IMG/VR virus record: IMGVR_UViG_3300025875_000091
Coordinates: 1 to 24,357 of that record
Source: a virus
Taxonomy: Duplodnaviria > Caudoviricetes
Length of the DNA: 24,357 nt
Direction: 5' to 3' (one strand)
Shown here: positions 16,273 through 22,022 of the stretch, one piece after another
Layout: the number at the start of each line of letters is the position of its first letter
How positions within the stretch are numbered: the first letter of the stretch is position 1
Translations under genes and position numbers: made by a program
Notes under the pieces: generated by a model
Seen by the model: the letters and a program-made list of their open reading frames with translations, nothing else
Databases searched by the model: none
Told to the model about the DNA's origin: nothing

Positions 16273-17748
16273 ATACGACGACGTTCGCGCACCACCCTGC
16301 GGCGCGGCGCGCCGTGGTCCGAGAAAGTAGATCAGCGCGGTGCCGACGCTGTCGACCATGTCGTCGTGCGGTGCCTTCGGGAACGCGATCTGCTGTTCTT
16401 CGAGACGATCGAGCCGCTTCGCGTGCAGGACGCGCCCGCGCTGATAGTGCGTGTGCGCCTGCGACGCGCGCAGTTCCTTCTTCAGCGCGTTGTGCTTCGA
16501 CTTGATCTTCACGGGCAGGTGGTGAAGAACCGTCTCCCATACCTCGCCGCCCTGATTGCTCTCGATCAAGATCAAGCCGACTTCGGGGAACGTGTCGAGC
16601 AGTTGAAGCACAAGCTCGCGCAGACCGTCGCCCTTCACCTTGACTTCGGTCGCATAGTGGACGACTGCCTTCGTCCCATCGCGCCGACAGCTCACGACCG
16701 ACACACCGGTGAAGTCGCTCGACTTCTTCGTCGTCACGGCAGGGTCGATCGAGATCAACCACCGGTGCGGCTGTCCCTCGTCGGTGCCGTACTGATAGTC
16801 GTCAGCGGACCAGTACGCGCCGTTGATGCCGCGCGGGTCGTTCGCGTAGTTCTTCGCGAAGCTCGCCGTGTGCCGGATCGAGCGCAGGAAGTCGAGCGAC
16901 CATCGGCCCGGCCACACGCTGCGCTCTTCGCCCGTACTTTCGTCTGTGACGATAGGCGGGTAGTAGTGGCACTTGACCTTCTCGTCGACGATCCACTGTT
17001 CAGGCGCGCCGGTCTCGCGCACGGACCGCACGAGCTGATGAACGATCGAGCCGGGCATCGTGACCGTGCCCGCGATGACGACTCGCGCGTTGATGTTCAG
17101 CGGGAAGATCGCGTCGGTGAGCGTGCCGAGCCGCTTCTTCGCAAGGTCGGCGCTGTACGACGACTCGTCCGGCTCGATGTCGTCGAAGATCAGCAGGTCG
17201 GGCCGACGCTCGCCGACCTTCATGCCGAGCGACGACGAGTCGATGCCACGGGCGGCGAACACGAACCCGCTCGACGTGAACAGCATCGCGCGGTTGTCAG
17301 CGACCTGCGTACCGCGCGGACGGCGGGCGGGCGCGACGAGATCGGGGAAGTCAGCGCGCAGCTTCTCGTTCGTGTCAAGCTCGTGCTTGAACGTCTGAAG
17401 GTGCGCTTCGGCCTGCGACGCGCTGTCAGCGAACGCGGCGGCGAACTTGACGTATCCGAAGGCAGCCGCCCACATCGGCAGGATCAGGAACCACCACGTC
17501 GACTTGCCCATCGAGCGCGGCGCGACGAACGCATCGCGGTGCTGCATCGGCTCGCCGATCGGCAGCATCCACGACTTAGCGTGCTCGCACCACGAATGGT
17601 GAACTTCGCTGAACGTCATCTCGCCGCCGGTCTCTTCAGACCGGAGATGGTGCGACAGGTAGATGCGCGCGAACGCCATCGGGTCGGAGATCGACGCGGC
17701 CTTACGGTTCCATCCGACGGAGCGATCCGCGCGGTACTCGAACGTCAC
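16267..17748 (-). CDS. terL: Terminase large subunit
   Basis: Walker A APRSMGKST, Walker B LLIFDDIE, nuclease motifs IDPA..DFTG and HDDMVD. GTG at 17748 in a GTGA overlap with the DUF1353 stop. Confidence 0.93.
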   Translation of the reverse strand: MTFEYRADRSVGWNRKAASISDPMAFARIYLSHHLRSEETGGEMTFSEVHHSWCEHAKSWMLPIGEPMQHRDAFVAPRSMGKSTWWFLILPMWAAAFGYVKFAAAFADSASQAEAHLQTFKHELDTNEKLRADFPDLVAPARRPRGTQVADNRAMLFTSSGFVFAARGIDSSSLGMKVGERRPDLLIFDDIEPDESSYSADLAKKRLGTLTDAIFPLNINARVVIAGTVTMPGSIVHQLVRSVRETGAPEQWIVDEKVKCHYYPPIVTDESTGEERSVWPGRWSLDFLRSIRHTASFAKNYANDPRGINGAYWSADDYQYGTDEGQPHRWLISIDPAVTTKKSSDFTGVSVVSCRRDGTKAVVHYATEVKVKGDGLRELVLQLLDTFPEVGLILIESNQGGEVWETVLHHLPVKIKSKHNALKKELRASQAHTHYQRGRVLHAKRLDRLEEQQIAFPKAPHDDMVDSVGTALIYFLGPRRAAPQGGARTSSYV

Positions 17749-18206
17749 AGCAGCCACGCGAGCAGCGCCCACGCGATCGCGACGAACGGCGACAGGACGA
17801 CGGCGAGCATCGGCAGGTCGCGCACGATGCCGGACGGGCGGCGCTGCTCGCTGAACGGGGCGGCGACGCGGACCGCTGCCCACATCAGCCACCGGCGGAC
17901 GAAGCCGGTTCCCTCTTCGCGCAGGACGCGGCGGAACAGACCGTCACAGTCGCGCGACGTCACGAGACCGAGCGCGATGCCGTGCGTGATCAGCCAGTCG
18001 TGCAGGACGGCGGCGAGCGTCCACACGCCGGTGCGCGGCACGAACCACTGAAGGAACCACGGCACCGACGCGAAGTCGGTCACGTAGCCGACCGGGACGA
18101 CGAACGTCTGCCGCTCGCCGTGGTACGTCAGGTCGTGCTCGCGCAGCGCCCACCGGATCGGGTCGACGCGGCGGACCGTGAACAGGTCCGGGTTACTGAA
18201 CGGCAT
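17745..18206 (-). CDS. DUF1353-family protein with C-terminal TM segment
   Basis: VPVGYVTDFASVP...AAVLHDWL...CDGLFRRVL...MWAAVR motifs. Confidence 0.85.
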   Translation of the reverse strand: MPFSNPDLFTVRRVDPIRWALREHDLTYHGERQTFVVPVGYVTDFASVPWFLQWFVPRTGVWTLAAVLHDWLITHGIALGLVTSRDCDGLFRRVLREEGTGFVRRWLMWAAVRVAAPFSEQRRPSGIVRDLPMLAVVLSPFVAIAWALLAWLL

Positions 18207-18729
18207 CGGTCTTCGTCGCCTCTCGTGCGGCAGCCGCCGCGCGCTGCTCGGCGATCATCTCGGCAAGCTCGGCGTCTTCGCCGTCCTGCACGGTGACCGT
18301 CACGTCGGACCGCACGGGCGCGTCGGTGCCGTTCAGCTTCGCCCGGCGCTCGTCGAGCCGGAGCAGGGTCGCCACGGTCTGCCGACGCTCGGCGAGCAGG
18401 GACGCAGCGAGCGACATCGGGACGTCGGGCGTCGTCAGCATCGCGTCGAGCGCGTCAATCTGCTGACGCAGCATCGTCTCGCGCTGATCGAGCGTGTCGT
18501 TCTGCACGCGCCGGTACTCGTCGACGGTGGGAGGGATGCGGGCGTCGAGCGCGATCTTCATGTACCGGTTTGCCGTGTCCTCGCTGATCTTCAGATCGGC
18601 GACGATCTCGTACATGCGCTCGCCCCGCGTGCGACGGCGAAGAATCTCTTCGCCCATCGAGCGACGGTCGTCGCGACCACGCCCGCTGTGCCGCTTCGAT
18701 GTCGAGCCGATCACCACGTCGCTACTCAT
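18193..18729 (-). CDS. terS: Terminase small subunit (HTH-containing)
   Basis: HTH MYEIVADLKISEDTANRYM, helical body, ERRAKLNGTDAP motif. Upstream of terL with a GGAGG SD. Confidence 0.75.
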   Translation of the reverse strand: MSSDVVIGSTSKRHSGRGRDDRRSMGEEILRRRTRGERMYEIVADLKISEDTANRYMKIALDARIPPTVDEYRRVQNDTLDQRETMLRQQIDALDAMLTTPDVPMSLAASLLAERRQTVATLLRLDERRAKLNGTDAPVRSDVTVTVQDGEDAELAEMIAEQRAAAAAREATKTDAVQ

Positions 18730-18758
18730 GCCCGCATCCCTCCCCGCACTTCATGTTC

Positions 18759-18845
18759 TTACTTGCTCGCCTTGACCACGCACCACACGATGAAACCGCA
18801 CAGCACCATGAACGCGATCTGCACCGCTGCGTCTGCCCAACCCAT
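18759..18845 (-). CDS. 28-aa single-TM peptide
   Basis: MGWADAAVQIAFMVLCGFIVWCVVKASK. TAATG overlap and strong GGGAGGT SD. Confidence 0.6.
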   Translation of the reverse strand: MGWADAAVQIAFMVLCGFIVWCVVKASK

Positions 18846-19087
18846 TACGTCGTACCTCCCTTCCCGTATCGGTCGGCGTACCACGCGCGAACGGCGGTCA
18901 TCGAGTAGACCGGACCCATCGCGAGCGTTTCGAGCGGGGCGGGGAAACCCGACGCAGCGCGTCGCGCTGCCCACATCGAAACCGTCGTGCGCGGCACGCC
19001 GAGCGTGTCGGCGATCTCGGCAACGCCGACGAGGTCGCGTACGGCGGCGTTGAACTCCTGCCGCTGTGCGGCATCGTCAGTCGTCAT
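18845..19087 (-). CDS. AlpA/excisionase-like HTH DNA-binding protein
   Basis: LVGVAEIADTLGVPRTTVSMW...FPAP...GPVY...VRAW. Confidence 0.85.
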   Translation of the reverse strand: MTTDDAAQRQEFNAAVRDLVGVAEIADTLGVPRTTVSMWAARRAASGFPAPLETLAMGPVYSMTAVRAWYADRYGKGGTT

Positions 19088-19586
19088 GGTGACCACTGTA
19101 CACGCCTACGGGCGGCGGGACCACTCCGGCGCGACGGGACGGCCAGTCACGCAGGTACCCCGCCATGCGCTCGAAGGCAGCCGGGTCGTCGCGGTAGTGA
19201 CCGAGCGTCCGGTTGCACGTGTCGCACAGCAGACCGCGCACGCACTTCCCGCACGACGTCGGACCGGGACAGCAGGCGTGGTCATGGTCGACGGCGAGCC
19301 GCTTCGTCGCGCCCGTGGCGCGGCGGCAGCCGAAGCACCGCCCCGCCTGCGCACGGTACATCGCGTCGTACTGCTCTTCGCTGATGCTGTACGTCGCTTC
19401 GACGCGGCGCGCCTTCGACTTCTTCTTCGCCGCCTTGCGCGCGCTGATGTCGTCGCTGTAGCAGCGGGGACCGGGAAACGGGGCGGGACGAGTCAGCGGA
19501 CGCCCGGCAGCCTTGCAGTCGACACACTCTCGACCCGGCGTCGGCGCACGCTTCGCGTACTGCCACTTGTCGTTAGAAGAGGTCAT
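19077..19586 (-). CDS. Endonuclease VII-family nuclease (resolvase-like)
   Basis: YSISEEQYDAM..AQAGRCFGC...LAVDHDH...VRGLLCDTCNRTLG. Confidence 0.9.
   Translation of the reverse strand: MTSSNDKWQYAKRAPTPGRECVDCKAAGRPLTRPAPFPGPRCYSDDISARKAAKKKSKARRVEATYSISEEQYDAMYRAQAGRCFGCRRATGATKRLAVDHDHACCPGPTSCGKCVRGLLCDTCNRTLGHYRDDPAAFERMAGYLRDWPSRRAGVVPPPVGVYSGHHDD
19095..19103 (-). promoter_or_regulatory. -10 GTG-TACAGT, leaderless start of the HTH gene
   Basis: TACAGT-ggtcacc-ATG, 7-nt spacing, no SD. Confidence 0.6.
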
Positions 19587-19755
19587 CGGGCGCGCCCTCC
19601 GTCATCTTCCCTTCGCGAGCCGCCGCGTCGTTCAGGCACCGCGCGTGCGACAGGTTGCCGCCGTCGTCGTACCCGATCGTGTCGCCCTCGTCGAAGGCGA
19701 ACCCGCAGTCGTCGCACTCCCCGGCGTACCGCGCCGTGAACGTCCTCGTCGTCAC
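19573..19755 (-). CDS. Small zinc-finger-like protein (60 aa)
   Basis: ARYAGECDDC...HARC. GTGA overlap and AAGGAG SD. Confidence 0.7.
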   Translation of the reverse strand: MTTRTFTARYAGECDDCGFAFDEGDTIGYDDGGNLSHARCLNDAAAREGKMTEGAPDDLF

Positions 19756-19886
19756 TGTCCCTGCTCCTTCTTCGGCTCGACCTTGATCGAGTACGTCACC
19801 GTGCCGCTGTTGCGGGACGGCATCGACTGACGGACGGACACGCGCCCGTCGAGCACCGCCTGTGCCAGCTCTTCGAGCGCGCTCAC
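19752..19886 (-). CDS. Hypothetical protein (44 aa)
   Basis: GTG 19886 in a GTGA overlap with the polymerase stop. Begins MSALEELAQAVLDG and fills the gap exactly. Confidence 0.55.
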   Translation of the reverse strand: MSALEELAQAVLDGRVSVRQSMPSRNSGTVTYSIKVEPKKEQGQ

Positions 19887-21760
19887 GACTTCCCCTTCGC
19901 GATCTTCTCGGCGACGTCGCCCGGCATCCACCGGCTGACGCCCTGCTCGTCGACCAACCGTACCGCGCTCGCCGTGATCGGCACGCCCATGAAGTCGAGC
20001 GTCATCGCGCGTTCGGCGTCGGCGATGATCTGCGCTGCCTGCTCGCCGGTCGGCACCTGAAGCACGAGTTCGTCGTGAACCGGCCACCACACGACGCCGT
20101 CGTGACCGAAGTCGACGGCGAAGCGGTGCCACGCATCGACGAGCAGTTCACGCGCGCTCGACTGCACGAGGTAGTTCACGTTCGCGTACGACCGGACGTC
20201 GCCCGTCTTCCGGTTCACCGTGACGGGCAGGCGACGACCGGAGATCGTGCGAACCTCGTCCTTCATGCCTGACATGTAGATCGTCAGCGCGTTGATCGCG
20301 GGGTACCGCTCTCGGATGCCGTAGACGACTTCAGCGGCGATGTCGAGCGGGATGCCTGCCTGCTCGGCGAGCGCCTTCGGACCGCCGCCGTAGACGATCA
20401 GGAAGTTCGCCATCTTGCCGACCTGACGAGAGATCGTGACGCCCATCGCTGCCAGCTCGTCGACGGTGAGCTGATGCAGGTCACCACCGGCGAGAATCGT
20501 TTCGATCATCTTCTCTTCGCGAGCGAGACCGGCGACGACGCGAAGCTCGACCTGATCGAAGTCGATCGTCCACAGCTCGTGACCGGGATCGGGCAGGAAC
20601 ATGCCGCGCATACGCCGGTCGGTCTTCGACATGTTCTGAAGGTTCGGCCCGCTCGACGACATACGCGCCGTCGTCGTCGCGCCGACCGGGTTCAGCAGCG
20701 GGTGAATCCGACCGTCGACGATGCGCGCCGAGATGCCTTCGCACTTGTTCAGCAGATCGAGCGACCGGCGGAACTTGATCAGCGCGTCGAAGACGGCGCG
20801 ACCCTGCTCGTCGAGCGGGAAGTCACCGATCAGCTTCACGTTCTCCTTCGCGAGCGACGGCGTGCCCTTCGGCGTGAGCGCGCCCGTCCAGTCGTCCCAC
20901 TCGACGCCGTGCTCGCCGAACCATCCCTGCAACTTCGGCGAGCGCAGCGTGATGCCGCCCGTGATCTCCTTCGCCACACGCTCGGCGTCGCCGGTCTCGG
21001 CGCGGGCGTAGGCGAGAAGACTGTTCAGCTCGTTCTCGTCGACACGCAGCCCGCGTGCCTGAATCCGGTTGCAGGTGGCGGCAAGCCACTGCTCGATGCG
21101 CAGCAGCTCGGCGGGTGCCTGCGTGGCGGGGATCAGCAGCGGCAGCAGGCGACGACACACGATCGCATCCTTGCCTGCGTAGATGAAGAAGCGGTCGGGC
21201 AGCTCGTCGACGGGCAGCGACGCGAGCGCGTCCCACCCTACCTGCTCGATGTGCGCCTTCGCCGCGTTCTTGCGACCGCCCGCGTCGACCCACCGCGCCT
21301 GCATCCATGCGTACAGCGACTCGTCGTCCTGACGCAGCTCGTCCATGCCGTACAGCGTGCCGAGCGTCTTCAGGTCGCGGTCGTTGTCCTTGTCCGGGTC
21401 CGCCATGATGGCGAGCGCCCGCGTGTCGATGTTGCGGTCGGCGATGTCGATCCCGAACTCGGCGAGCACCGACAGCACGTCCATGTTCGTGTGCGAGCAG
21501 AACGAGAACGCCGTGTCGGTCAGGATGCCCGCCGCCGTGGCGCGCTGCGCCGGGTCGGTGACGTCGAGAACCCACGCTTCCTGTTCCGTGGCGAACTGCA
21601 CCGTGCGCACCTTGAACGCCGGGTCGAACTGCGCGCGGTCGGTGAGGTACGTCGACTCGACGTCCAGACCGAGCACGCCGGGCGCGGGCATCGGCCCGAA
21701 GTCAGGTCCGACGTGAACGAGCACGTCCTGACCGCCGACGGTCGTCGTGTATGTCTCCAT
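19883..21760 (-). CDS. polA: DNA polymerase family A (3'-5' exonuclease + polymerase; no 5' nuclease)
   Basis: ExoI LDVES, ExoIII YAGKD, TTARMSSSGPNLQN, motif A DFDQVELR, motif B RQVGKMANFLIVYG, motif C VHDEL. ATG 21760 lies 8 nt after AAGGAG. Confidence 0.95.
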   Translation of the reverse strand: METYTTTVGGQDVLVHVGPDFGPMPAPGVLGLDVESTYLTDRAQFDPAFKVRTVQFATEQEAWVLDVTDPAQRATAAGILTDTAFSFCSHTNMDVLSVLAEFGIDIADRNIDTRALAIMADPDKDNDRDLKTLGTLYGMDELRQDDESLYAWMQARWVDAGGRKNAAKAHIEQVGWDALASLPVDELPDRFFIYAGKDAIVCRRLLPLLIPATQAPAELLRIEQWLAATCNRIQARGLRVDENELNSLLAYARAETGDAERVAKEITGGITLRSPKLQGWFGEHGVEWDDWTGALTPKGTPSLAKENVKLIGDFPLDEQGRAVFDALIKFRRSLDLLNKCEGISARIVDGRIHPLLNPVGATTTARMSSSGPNLQNMSKTDRRMRGMFLPDPGHELWTIDFDQVELRVVAGLAREEKMIETILAGGDLHQLTVDELAAMGVTISRQVGKMANFLIVYGGGPKALAEQAGIPLDIAAEVVYGIRERYPAINALTIYMSGMKDEVRTISGRRLPVTVNRKTGDVRSYANVNYLVQSSARELLVDAWHRFAVDFGHDGVVWWPVHDELVLQVPTGEQAAQIIADAERAMTLDFMGVPITASAVRLVDEQGVSRWMPGDVAEKIAKGKS

Positions 21761-21762
21761 CG

Positions 21763-21951
21763 TCACAGCTCCTTGATCCGCTCGTACACCGTCACCACGC
21801 CGACACCGAGACCGCAGCCGAGCGCGTCGACCCACCACGGCGACGACGTGTAGTCCGTCCACGCGAGCAGCACGCCGAACCAGAACGCGGCGAGCGCCCA
21901 CACCGCGACGAACAGCGCGACCGTGATCGCGACCTTCTTCAGCTTGTCCAT
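21763..21951 (-). CDS. Small two-TM membrane protein (62 aa)
   Basis: MDKLKKVAITVALFVAVWALAAFWFGVLLAW...WWVDALGCGLGVGVVTVY. Confidence 0.75.
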   Translation of the reverse strand: MDKLKKVAITVALFVAVWALAAFWFGVLLAWTDYTSSPWWVDALGCGLGVGVVTVYERIKEL

Positions 21952-21957
21952 GTGACC

Positions 21958-21966
21958 ATCATACAC
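21958..21966 (-). promoter_or_regulatory. -10 GTG-TATGAT, leaderless
   Basis: TATGAT-ggtcac-ATG, 6-nt spacing, intergenic. Confidence 0.65.
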
Positions 21967-22022
21967 CACCTTGACCGACGGGGCGGGGCGCAGGTGCCGA
22001 CGCAGCTTCGCGCGTGTCGCGC

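Noticed and set aside
17749-17892. N-terminal extensions in the ORF track for terL (also polA to 21901, stopper to 7187, membrane gene to 22122)
   Set aside because: Large overlaps with upstream genes. Downstream starts have stop/start coupling, an SD or leaderless -10 support.
19883-21760. Unusual polymerase (intein, altered motif B, modified-base specialist)
   Set aside because: Motifs are contiguous, Phe occupies the position equivalent to Pol I F762, and no base-modification genes are in the window.
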